Positions 27,642-40,940 of a stretch of DNA of 64,000 bases are shown in pieces. The notes below the pieces were generated by a model. The model searched no databases. It was given only the letters and a program-made list of their open reading frames with translations, and had not been told where the DNA came from. Both the position numbers and the translations under genes were made by a program. The first letter of the stretch is position 1; every line of letters starts with the position of its first letter. The DNA comes from Eledone cirrhosa (lineage: Eukaryota), in NCBI GenBank assembly GCA_964016885.1, contig OZ024746.1, forward strand, positions 54,312,001 to 54,376,000. The letters run 5' to 3'.

Positions 27642-28210
27642 CTAACACCACCACCACCACTACAAACAACAACAACACTACCACCACCACCATCACCACC
27701 AACAACAACAACACTAACACCACCACCAACAACAACAACAACACCACCATCACCACCACCAACAACAACAGCAGGAACACCACTACCACCACCACCACTA
27801 CCACCACCATCACCACCACCACTACTAACAACAACACCAACAACACCACCACACCACTACCACCACCACCACCACCACCAACACCAAAACCACCACTATC
27901 ACCATCACTAACAACAACAACACCAACAACACCACCACCACTACCACCACTACCACCACCATCACCACCACCACTACTAACAACAACACCAACAACACCA
28001 CCACCACCACTACCACCACCACCACCAACACCACAACCACCACTATCACCATCACTAACAACAACAACACCAACAACACCGCCACCACTACCACCACTAT
28101 CACCACCACTACCACCATCACCACCACTAACAACAACAACACCACCACCACTTCCACCACCATACCACCACCACTACTAACAACAACACCAACAACACCA
28201 ACAACAGTGA
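26776..28210. repeat. CAA/CAC minisatellite (~24-30 bp unit CACTAA(CAC)n(CAA)n)
   Basis: Direct reading; the poly-V/L ORFs are artefacts. Confidence 0.95.
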
Positions 28211-28359
28211 TGGTATCTCTTGACAAAGTACGCCATTAAAAAATGATTCAAAGCGAAACAAAATGACAACATATCGACATAAAGTAAAACAGCAATAATA
28301 TCATTATTATGATCCCCACAGCCAAAAGTATCGACCCCAGCACCAGCACCAGCACCGCC

Positions 28360-28394
<35 letters not shown>

Positions 28395-28782
28395 TGTTAT
28401 ATGTATATATATATATATACATATATATACATATAGATATATGCACATACATATACATACATACATACATACATACATGTTGGTGTTGGTGCGTGCGTGC
28501 GTGTGTGTGACCGGGAGTTCCGTAATAGCGCTTAACGTCTGTTTTTTTATGGTTGGTGATCAAAAGATATAGTTGAGTGGCTGTTGCATCAATAGAAGTG
28601 AGTGGAAGGAGTGTTTTACTATAGTAAACTAATAACTTAATACAGCTATTACGTCTCTACAGCAAACGCACTAACACATATGGCATACATATATGGGCAG
28701 GCACGCAAAATCACATACATACATGCATACACACATGCACATAGACACACAACACATATACATAAATATGTATATGTATATG

Positions 28783-28932
<150 letters not shown>

Positions 28933-29511
28933 TATGTGTGGTTTCGTGTGTGTGTGAGTGAAAGAGTGTGTGTGTGTGTATGAATGCTTGTATGTATATA
29001 AATTATATATATATATATATATTAAGCTTATTATAGAAATAAATAGAGAACCCATTAGATTACTGTTCAACTATATGTATATACACACATATACACATCA
29101 TTTCACGTTGCTCCAGTCTACTCAACTATCAGAACTGTATTGGACATGTAATTCATAGGGCCAGCCTTGACAAACTAACTGTCAAGCAGAATGCTCAGCC
29201 ACTTACATGTTAATTTCACGAGCAAGATGTTCCAGTTGATTCTAACAGCGGAAAAACCTGCTCATGACAATAGTGTACATGTAGTCGAGCATTCAACAGG
29301 CTCGTGTATGTTTAACGTAGTTGTCAGGAAGATTCAGTGTTACACTATGTGTGACAGGTTTGGTCCTTTGAATATGAGTTACAACTCATGTTTGATATAT
29401 ATTTGGACTGGAGAAACGTTAAATGAAGTGCCTCTGTGTGTGCATATAAATGAACTGGAATCTAATAGGATCTCTACATATTCTTGTCATAAATATGTAT
29501 AAATAATATAT

Positions 29512-29972
29512 ACTAGCAGAATGGCCCGGCGTTGCTCGGGATTTGCTCTAGGGTTCTTATATATTTAATATATATTTATCCTTCTCGAGCCACGTGAAGT
29601 AAATACGATTGTTTATATTATGTTATTGTGTATGCAAAAATATCTGTACACGAGTATATAAATAACAGTACAGAGAAGTACGGAATACCTCGGCCTCGGG
29701 TTGGTGTCTACATTTTGTGCTTATAAAAAAAATTCGTCGTACATTACCAGGGTTTTTTCCGTTCGAAAAAAATCAATACTTTATCGCGAAATAAATACTT
29801 TTGTTTATATGTGTATGCAAAAATATCTGTACACGAATATATATATATATATTAAAATAACAGATTAAAGTTTAAGCAAAGAATCGCTGCTTTCACCCTT
29901 AACGGGATCTTCTGAAACTAAAATAATAAATCTGTGAACGCAGAAGTAAATATTTGGAAAAACGTTACACAC

Positions 29973-30055
<83 letters not shown>

Positions 30056-30349
30056 ACACACACCCCCACACACACACACACACATACACACACACACACA
30101 CCGTGTCCTAATGACGTAATGCAGACAGCCATTATACTAGCGCAACGTTATATCTATGTATCTTTCTAAAAAGAGAAAGACTAAATCGCCCAATGCAGAC
30201 CCTAGGGCATTGACAATTTGAAATTGTCTTTGCTCAAAACATCCACGGGACCATAAGTATTACATGTGTAAAGTTTGAAAAAAAGGGTTGGGTGGTTCTC
30301 GAGTAGTGATTGGACAGACAGACAGACAAACAGACATTCTCTGTTTTAG

Positions 30350-30352
<3 letters not shown>
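29512..30352 (+). mobile_element. Non-autonomous Helentron/Helitron-like element with nested fragments
   Basis: 5' actagcagaatggCCCGGcgttgcTCGGG hairpin; 3' (gaca)n microsatellite then cattctctgttttagtaatata. Layout typical of HINE-like elements. Confidence 0.55.
29870..29918 (-). ncRNA. Hammerhead-like motif with variant core CAGAAGA
   Basis: Minus: gttt-CAGAAGA-tcccgttaagggt-GAAA-gcagcgattctttgc-TT-aaac. Same variant in the folded-back copy at 38676-38767. Confidence 0.5.
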
Positions 30353-30404
<52 letters not shown>

Positions 30405-30657
30405 TACACGAGTGCGTATGATTGTGTATAGAAGATTATATTGATAAAAGGAATTCCAACTCTGTCTGATTTACTCGTTTTATTTACAATCCTTTAAAAT
30501 GATAATGGTATTAGAATGAAATAGTATGGTAGAATATTAAGTGTTAATTAAACAAGTACTTTCATGCTTTCGCAATCTTAAGGTTCATATCCTGTGGTGA
30601 CAGTCAAGTTTGCAATTTTCAACTTTGTTTGCAAACTTGACTGTCACCACAGAATAG

Positions 30658-30694
30658 GAACCTGAAGATTGCGAAAGCATGAAAGTACTTGTTC
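30658..30694 (+). ncRNA. Minimal type I hammerhead ribozyme in fold-back 30441-30815
   Basis: gaac-CTGAAGA-ttgcgaaagcat-GAAA-gtac-TT-gttc; the mirrored arm has a mutated core (CTTAAGA). Confidence 0.75.
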
Positions 30695-31122
30695 AATTAA
30701 CACTTAACATTTAATATTCTACCATACTATTTCATTCTAATACCATTATAATTTAAAATGATTGTAAATAAAACAAGTAAATCAGGCAAAGTTAAGTTGG
30801 AATACCTTTTATTAATATATATATATAAGTTGTAATAAAATGAAAACGAAATTTCATTTCTCACTCTTTGTACGGCACTTACTTAAATGTAAGTATGTAT
30901 GTATACGTACATACATATATGTATACAGACGTACAGTAGCATGCATATATATATATATATGTATATACATACAGGTACACATACATATATGTACGTATCA
31001 GTTTAGCGGACGCTTGTTATAACGCCCGCTTTGTTCGTTTGTAAACAAACTGAACAGCCTGAATTTATGCAGTACGGTGTTAAGGCAACCACGTCACCTT
31101 TTTGTTCAACACTGACACAGGA

Positions 31123-31165
31123 ACGATGTACTAGTTTCAAGCTTGTTAGCTATCATCAGCACCGT
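31123..31165 (-). ncRNA. Type I hammerhead ribozyme, monomer 1
   Basis: Minus: acggtg-CTGATGA-tagctaacaagctt-GAAA-ctag-TA-catcgt. Confidence 0.85.
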
Positions 31166-31397
31166 ATACCCTTCTGCCAGATGGTTGAACGTTCAAAAGT
31201 ATATACTTTCCTTATGAAAATTAACGGCTGAGCAGCCTAATTTGCATATCGAGTGAGTTCGGCCAGGCGTACCGAAAACGATAAGTCGTAATAAAATGAA
31301 AACGAAATTTCATTTCTCACTCTTAGTACGGCACTTACTTAAATGTAAGTATGTATGTATACGTACATACATATATGTATACAGACGTACAGTAGCA

Positions 31398-31439
<42 letters not shown>

Positions 31440-31590
31440 CAGGTACACATACATATATGTACGTATCAGTTTAGCGGACGCTTATTATAACGCCCGCTTT
31501 GTTCGTTTGTAAACGAACTGAACAGCCTGAATTTATGCCGTACGGTGTTAAGGCAACCACGTCACCTTTTTGTTCAACACTGACACCGGA

Positions 31591-31633
31591 ACGATGTACT
31601 AGTTTCAAGCTTGTTAGCTATCATCAGCACCGT
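31591..31633 (-). ncRNA. Type I hammerhead ribozyme, monomer 2
   Basis: Identical to 31123-31165. Confidence 0.85.
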
Positions 31634-31804
31634 ATACCCTTCTGCCAGATGGTTGAACGTTCGAAAGTATATACTTTCCTTATGAAAATTAACGGCTGAA
31701 CAGCCTAATTTGCATATCGAGTGAGTTCGGCCAGGCGTACCGAAAACGATAAACTAATACGCTAAACTGATACGTACATATATGTATGTGTACCTGTATG
31801 TATA

Positions 31805-31847
<43 letters not shown>

Positions 31848-31900
31848 GCATGCTACTGTACGTCTGTATACATATATGTATGTACGTATACATACATACT

Positions 31901-31977
<77 letters not shown>

Positions 31978-32604
31978 CAACAGTCATAGAGGACATATAT
32001 ATATAATCATAGTCACAGATACATATATGAGAGTTGGCTACCTTCAATGGTGTGGCTCGATGAGTGAATGAATAAAACAAATAATTATCAATCAGAGCAA
32101 TATAAAATCATAAGTTTGAAGAATAGTATGACAACATTTATTCAATTCTTTTTTCTTAGACTGTAGAAATTAACTAGATAAATAATCATTTAAACGCTAG
32201 TTAATTTCTATGAAAAGATTCAGGACCCCGACGGCTGAACTCCGGCCGTTTCGACAGTTAGATCCGAACTTGTCAACAACCACCCCGCAGCGGCATGTAT
32301 GTGGCTCACACACGCAGTGGGCAAGGCGTTGGGCTACACCGATCTTCTCTTTATTTTTAAACAGCAGAAAGTATCTTACCATACCCTCTGGTGCGTTATG
32401 ATCCACCTGGTATCTTACCACACCCTTTTCGTTTGTATACATATATGTTAGGTATGTAAGTACAGTTACGGTCGGCACGCCGTACGAATCACTCAATGCT
32501 GTTACGAGCTCCGTCTCTCATGGGTTATTATTCAAGAGTTAAGGTGGCTGTAGTGTGCAGAATATAATATCTCTCTCTCTCTCTCTCGCTCTCCTATATA
32601 TATA

Positions 32605-32925
<321 letters not shown>

Positions 32926-32934
32926 TATATATAT

Positions 32935-32988
<54 letters not shown>

Positions 32989-33045
32989 AATGGAAGTTCA
33001 GCAGAATCGAAGCTCTGGCTGCAGCCATGCTAACGAATGCAATCG

Positions 33046-34411
<1,366 letters not shown>

Positions 34412-34508
34412 TAACCATCAACATAGTCAAGGTAAATGAAGCATCAACTTATTTTTTTCTGATGAGGACGTACTGTTGAAATAGCTCAGTATCTCTGAAA
34501 TATGTCTA

Positions 34509-35305
34509 TCCTGCCCAACGCATGCGGTCAAGCCGTTAAAATGACACACACGCAACATCAGGTCGCAGATAATAGCTGTTTATTATAAACATGTTGATAC
34601 TGACACTAAAATTAGTAGCATTATTCAACGTTTTGTTCTCTACATAAGGAGAACAATTATAAAAGTGGATGAATACTTCAACAGGCACTAAGTACTTGTA
34701 TAAATATGCAAGGTGTTTATAATATTTGTGGTACGATGGTACTAATTTGAGATACCAGAACAATATAAAAAGAGCGGAGCAAGCGGTTATCAAACAATTA
34801 TTTAGAAAATTGTTTGATAACCGCTTGCTCCGCTCTTTTTATATTGTTCTGGTATCTCAAATTAGTACCATCGAACCACAAATATTATAAACACCTTGCA
34901 TATTTCTACAAGTACTTAGTGCCTGTTGAAGTATTCATCCACTTTTATAATTTTTCTCCTTATGTAGAGAACAAAACGTTGAATAATGCTACTAATTTTA
35001 GTGACAGTATCAACACGTTTATAATAAACAGCTATTACCTGCGACCTGATTTTGCGTGTGTGTCATTTTAACGGCTTGACCGCATGCGTTGGGCAGGAAG
35101 CGAAATATTTACTTTCTGTAAGGATGGCAACCTTATAGTATGGAAATAAGCTATCTGAAGATCCATTTCTTTCCATTGGAAATTCTCTGGATTTCCAATA
35201 TTTGGAATGGTGAAACCGACGGTAACAGCAATAGAACTGGTGATTATTTAATCGTTTTTTAATTTATTTAGAAAATTGTTTGATAACTGCTTGCTCCTCT
35301 CTTTA
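34509..35305 (+). mobile_element. Terminally redundant ~466-bp HHR element (34800-35305) preceded by a ~290-bp inverted copy (34509-34797)
   Basis: tttagaaaattgtttgataac at 34801 and 35267; arms 34509-34797 / 34809-35098; HHR at 35150. Confidence 0.8.
35150..35229 (+). ncRNA. Type I hammerhead ribozyme
   Basis: gctat-CTGAAGA-tccatttc...gaatggt-GAAA-ccgacgg-TA-acagc. Confidence 0.75.
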
Positions 35306-36437
35306 TATATATATATATATATATATATAACAAAAGAATTGTGGTAAGAAACCAGATGGACCATAACGCAACAGGGTACTCAATACTTAGGGTAGTAGAG
35401 TGGGAAATAGGAAAAAGTTTGACTCCGACGGCAGAGCTCAAGCCATTTCGACGGCTATTTCTGGACTTCTGGACTGAAATAGCCGTCGAAACGGCTTGAG
35501 CTCTGCCCTCGGGGTCATACTTTTTCCTATATATAAAACACATATTTAACACATATCTCCCACAGTCTGTGATAAACTTGGTTTTTTGAATTACAGTTAC
35601 AAATCATTTTAGCCATCAAAATGAACTGTAGTAACATTAAATAATATATCTCTCTGAAGGAAATAATGCATCGCCGGGAACTGAACTCGTGACTTAACGT
35701 GTGCGAGCCAAACAACCTATCCACTAAAATACTCGCCTACACATCATCCTGTATAATGATAGAGTGATGTAGGATTCTTGCCTGTTGAGAATTTTCTTAA
35801 TTATTACAAATTTACATAATTCTATTTTCATAATTTAATGAATCTCAATATTTTTACAACAGATATTGCGCTGTCTTGTAGTTTTAAATTAAGGCAATGA
35901 ATCTCATCTGCATTTAATTCATCTTAAACTTAATAACGTGGTACATACATAAAGAGATACATACATACATAAATATATACATACATACATACATACATAC
36001 ATACATACATACATACATACATACATACATACATACATACATACATACATTCATACATACAAACACACACAAACGCACACACACATACACACACACATAG
36101 ACATACACACACACACACACACACTCACACACACACTCACACACATATATATATGTATAAGCCTCGAAGTCAGTATTGCTGTATATGTAAACACTTTATT
36201 TGCGTATTACAATTGTTTCAATATCGATCAGCTGAGGGTGCAATCAAGGAGACTAGAGCCGTAACACTGGAATACAACCCGAACTAAACGAATCTCGTAA
36301 CAGCATTGATAAGTTCGAAGGGCACGTCGCCTGTAACTGTTATTACAACCTAACTCACTCACAGCCAATAACATAATATATATATATACACACACACATA
36401 CACACATACACACATACACACACACATATATATATAT

Positions 36438-36700
36438 CATCATCATCAGGTCGAGCTTGCTCGGCTTTCTACGACACGTTTCCTCCATCCATCTCTGTCT
36501 CTCATAGCGTTTGCCAGTTCTTCCGCAGTGCATCCAGTATCGTCCTTAAGTAGCTTGACGTATGTCTTCTTGGGACGACCAGCGTTTCTTGCTCCATGAG
36601 ATGGACTCCATAACAACACACATCACCTGCTATTTCTTCCTTGTTGCGCCAACAGTGGCCAGCAAATCTGTTTCGGTGAGGCACAACCGCTCTAATACAG
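36438..36700 (-). pseudogene. RTE-type LINE 3' end with (GAT)n tail
   Basis: RNRFAGHCWRNKEEIAGDV, frameshift, then HGARNAGRPKKTYVKLLKDDTGCTAEELANAMRDRDGWRKRV. Confidence 0.75.
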
Positions 36701-36778
36701 AGAACTGCTTTCACTTGTATGGATGAGCGACCGCAAGTGTATATCTAGCTATTGAAAGCTAAATATGACACAAATCCT

Positions 36779-36817
<39 letters not shown>

Positions 36818-36922
36818 CAAAGAAAGTGGGGTAAGTAACCAGGGGACCATAACGCACCAGAGTACTCGATATTTAGGGTAGTAGAGTAGGTCCTGACTCT
36901 TTTCTTACACACACATATATAT

Positions 36923-37650
36923 ATACGAGGGCAATCCCAAAATTAAGGTCTCCAAAGCGATGGGGACGCAGAGAAACTGTTCGAACGGCTGTTGGCAACA
37001 CTGTTGTGATTGCTGATTCCTTCACTCCCAAACAAGCATGCGCGCGCTTCGCTGGGATGCTCATTCTTGGCTTGGCAGCCGTTGAGAATGGAGCTCCTGT
37101 TGAACGCTACCGCCAAGTACGAAGTTGGCGTAGTTATCCGGTTTTTGAACGCAAAAGGCCTTGAACCGATTGAAATTCATCGCCAATTGACAGAAGTGTT
37201 TGGACAGTTGGGCATGGATGTCAAAAACGTTCGCACGTGGTGTAGAGAGTTTACAGCCGGTGTTTCCCGGAGACCGTCAATTTCCAATGAGACAGTCGCA
37301 AAGGTTGAGGAAAACATGTGTACACCTTCCGATATTGAAACTTTTCGTTAAAATCCTGTGGATGGTGCATCCGTAAACCTTCCGTCAATTGGCGATGAAT
37401 TTCAATCGGTTCAACGCATTTTCCGTTTAAAAACCAAATAACTGTGCGAACTTCGCACTTGGCGGTAGCGTTCAACGGGAACTCCATCTCAACGGCTGCC
37501 AAGCCAAGATTGAGCATCCCAGCAAAGCGCGCGCATGCTTGTTTGGGAGTGAAGGGATCACCAATCACAACAGTGTCGCTAACAGCCGTACGAACAGTTT
37601 CTCTGCGTCCCCATCGCTTTGGAGACCTTACTTTTGGGATCGCCCTTTTA
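36923..37650. mobile_element. Mariner-derived fold-back made of two deleted 5' halves, inserted in TA
   Basis: Ends ta-cgagggcaatcccaaaattaaggtctcc / ggagaccttacttttgggatcgccc..ta. Both strands encode the mariner N-terminal HTH (EV..VI.FLN.K..EPIEIHRQLTE); ~265-bp arms. Confidence 0.85.
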
Positions 37651-37762
37651 TATATATATATATATATAATACAAAAGTTAGTACAGCATAATCGAAGCTC
37701 TAGCTGCAGCTAAGCTAAGGAATGCAATCGGGATGTGCAGCTAAACACTCAATAAGGTATAT

Positions 37763-37848
<86 letters not shown>

Positions 37849-38627
37849 GTATAGAAAACACTGCAGCGAAAAGCCAACAGTATTCCATAATATATAAGTG
37901 ACTATAGCGTCAAAATGGGAAAAATAGTTAACGCAAGATGTGGGAAAAATAATTCAAACTCATCTCAAAGAGAATCAGGATATAAATTCATCCACAGAAT
38001 TTAGTGAAATCCAGGGAAAAACCAATAGACCCTTAACTCATGATAAAATAAAGTCTAAAATACTTATCCTTCAATTTGGAAAAACTTCAAATGCTCTGTA
38101 TTGTCTTAAAGACTATTTCATGAAAACTTTCAGTGGAGATGGTCACGGTTAGAGTTCATCATCAGCAGAGCTCAACTCGATAACCAGGACTCTCACAGAT
38201 TAATATGCCAAAAAGGGAATTTTAAAGCTGGCTAGTTCAACATCATGCATGCGTGATTATGAAAAACGCACATGAGGAAATACATGGCTAGTGACGTCAG
38301 AATGAGACGAATGTTTGTTTACAAGAAACAGCAGTCAAAAACATTCCGAAAAAAAACTCTACAATAAGGAGTTCAGCAAAAAGCAATATTATCGCAGTTT
38401 TTTATTTAAAAAAAAAAAAAAAAAAAAAAAAAACCGGGATTAGTCACAAATATTTAAGCACTCGAGGAAAAATCCGAGTATGAATATATAAATGAAAGGT
38501 ATAGAAAACACTGCAGCGAAAAGCGAACAGCATTCCATAATATATAAGTGACTATAACGTCAACATGGAAAAAATAGTTAACGTAAGATGTGGGAAAAAT
38601 AATTCAAACTCATCTCAAAGAGAATCA

Positions 38628-38634
<7 letters not shown>
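37849..38634 (-). mobile_element. Retrozyme-like element with ~135-bp terminal direct repeats (period 650 bp) inside (TA)n
   Basis: 37849-37984 repeats at 38499-38634; internal HHR; no ORF. Confidence 0.8.
38093..38171 (-). ncRNA. Type I hammerhead ribozyme
   Basis: Minus: gctctg-CTGATGA-tgaac...gttttcat-GAAA-tagtctttaagacaa-TA-cagagc. Confidence 0.8.
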
Positions 38635-38677
<43 letters not shown>

Positions 38678-38979
38678 TAAAATAACAGATTAAAGTTTAA
38701 GCAAAGAATCGCTGCTTTCACCCTTAACGGGATCTTCTTTGTTTCAGAAGATCCCGTTAAAGGTGAATTTGCTCTAGGGTTCTTATATAATTGATATATA
38801 TTAATCCTTATCGAGCCCTCTTTGGATTTTAGTCTTCACATTTATTATTACTATATATATATATATTCTTTATATTTAAACAGCTTCACTAGCTCCTGTT
38901 TGTATTATTACTTACTCAATGAGACAATATATAAATGTATTAACCATGTAAATCTGTACACAAATTGTTTACCATAGGT

Positions 38980-39357
38980 TATTTGTAATGAGCGGTATTG
39001 CACATTTTCCCGAACCATGGTTCCTTCAACATAAGAAGGTTACGACGTTGGTTACGACGACAAGTGTTCCAGTTCATCCGATCAACGGAACAGTCTGTTT
39101 GTAAATTTAGCGGGAAAGTGGCTGAGCATGCCACAAACACGCGTATCCATAACGTAATTCTCAGGGAGATTCGGCGTGACACAGTATATGACTTGGCTGG
39201 TCCTTCGAATTACAGGTACAACTCATTTTGTCAGCTGACTAGACGGGAGCAACGTAAAATAAAGTGTCTTGCTTAGGGACACAACGCGACGCTGGGAATC
39301 GTACCCACGACCTTACGATTGTGATCCAAATTCCCTAACGACAAAGCCACGTACCTT
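38980..39357 (-). mobile_element. tRNA-derived SINE with CORE-like domain (second family)
   Basis: Minus head gtggctttgtcgttaggg...gtcgtgggtacgattccc then tgtgtccctaagcaagacacttta. Degraded relatives near 20780-20910, 22130-22250, 29100-29400, 42140-42560. Confidence 0.7.
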
Positions 39358-39479
39358 CACACTTTCAACATAGACTGATCAAGTAAATATTGTATCGATT
39401 TTCCCGTCCTTAGCTGCACTGTGTAAAAGATTCAGATCATCAACTCTATTGCTGTTGGTTTTGTCGGTGTCGTTGTTGT

Positions 39480-40940
39480 TGGTGTGGTTGTCGTAGGCGT
39501 TTTCATTTTTCGTTACGCTGTTCTTGTTGTTGGTGTTATTGTTAACCATTTTGTTGTTCTTGGCGGAGTTGGTGTTGTTGTTGTCGTTGTTGCGGTTGGT
39601 GTTGTTGTTGTCATTGTTGCAGTTGGTGTTGTTGTTGTCATTGTTGTAGTTGGTGTTGTTGTTGTCATTGTTGTAGTTGGTGTTGTTGTTGACCATTCTG
39701 TTGTTCTTGGCGCAGTTGGTGTTGTTGTTGTCGTTATTGCTGTTGGTGTTGTTGTTGTCATTGTTGCAGTTGGTGTTGTTGTTGTCATTGTTGCAGTTGG
39801 TGTTGTTGTTGTCATTGTTGCAGTTGGTGTTGTTGTTGACATTGTTGTAGTTGGTGTTGTTGTTGACCATTCTGTTGTTCTTGGCGCAGTTGGTGTTGTT
39901 GTTGTCGTTGTTGCTGTTGGTGTTGTTGTTGTCGTTGTTGCAGTTGGTGTTGTTGTTGTCATTGTTGCAGTTGGTGTTGTTGTTGTCATTGTTGCAGTTG
40001 GTGTTGTTGTTGTCATTGTTGCAGTTGGTGTTGTTGTTGTCATTGTTGTAGTTGGTGTTGTTGTTGACCATTCTGTTGTTCTTGGCGCAGTTGGTGTTGT
40101 TGTTGTCGTTGTTGCTGTTGGTGTTGTTGTTGTCGTTGTTGCAGTTGGTGTTGTTGACCATTCTGTTGTTCTTGGCGCAGTTGGTGTTGTTGTTGTCGTT
40201 GTTGCTGTTGGTGTTGTTGTTGTCATTGTTGCAGTTGGTGTTGTTGTTGTCATTGTTGCAGTTGGTGTTGTTGTTGTCATTGTTGCAGTTGGTGTTGTTG
40301 TTGTCGTTGTTGCGGTTGGTGTTGTTGTTGTCATTGTTGCAGTTGGTGTTGTTGTTGTCATTGTTGCAGTTGGTGTTGTTGTTGTCATTGTTGCAGTTGG
40401 TGTTGTTGTTGCCGTTGTTGTAGTAGGTGTTGTTGTTGTCGTTGTTGTAGTTGGTGTTGTTGTTGTCGTTGTTGTAGTTGGTGTTGTTGTTGTCGTTGTT
40501 GCAGTTGGTGTTGTTGTTGTCGTTGTTGCAGTTGGTGTTGTTGTTGTCGTTGTTACAGTTGGTGTTGTTGTTGTCGTTGTTGTAGTTGGTGTTGTTGTTG
40601 ACGTTGTTGTAGTTGGTGTTGTTGTTTTCATTGTTGCAGTTGGTGTTGTTGTTGTCATTGTTGCAGTTGTTGTTGTTGTCGTTGTTGCAGTTGGTGTTGT
40701 TGTTGTCATTGTTGCAGTTGGTGTTGTTGTTGTCATTGTTGCAGTTGTTGTTGTTGTTGTTGTTGCAGATGGTGTTGATGTTCTTTTTAAATTCGTTGTT
40801 GTTATTGGAGCAGTTGTTGTTGTTGTCATTGTTGGTGTTGGTGTTGTTGTTTTTAATTTCGTTGTTGTTGTTGCAGTTGGTTTTGGTGTTGTTGTCATTG
40901 TTGGTGTTGGTGTTGTTGTTTTTAATTTCGTTGTTGTTGC
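39480..40940 (-). repeat. 27-bp minisatellite with higher-order units; reads as mucin-like (PTATMTTTT)n on the minus strand
   Basis: Unit gttggtgttgttgttgtcattgttgca with recurring gaccattctgttgttcttggcgca inserts; triplet phase preserved. Confidence 0.9.

Larger units (their letters stand above)
30825..31903 (-). mobile_element. Retrozyme-like tandem dimer (456 + 468 bp), one hammerhead per monomer, plus a terminal inverted segment
   Basis: Units 30825-31280 and 31281-31748 are near-identical; 31760-31903 is an inverted copy of about 31342-31475. No credible ORF; flanked by (TA)n. Confidence 0.8.

Noticed and set aside
26776-28210. CRISPR-like or coding array
   Set aside because: No unique spacers; eukaryotic simple-sequence minisatellite.
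30825-31748. Duplicated small ORFs (MKTKFHF..., MFVCK...) and the mirrored ORFs at 34536-35071 as genes
   Set aside because: They recur only because the DNA is duplicated or inverted; one spans a TA tract and none has recognisable homology.
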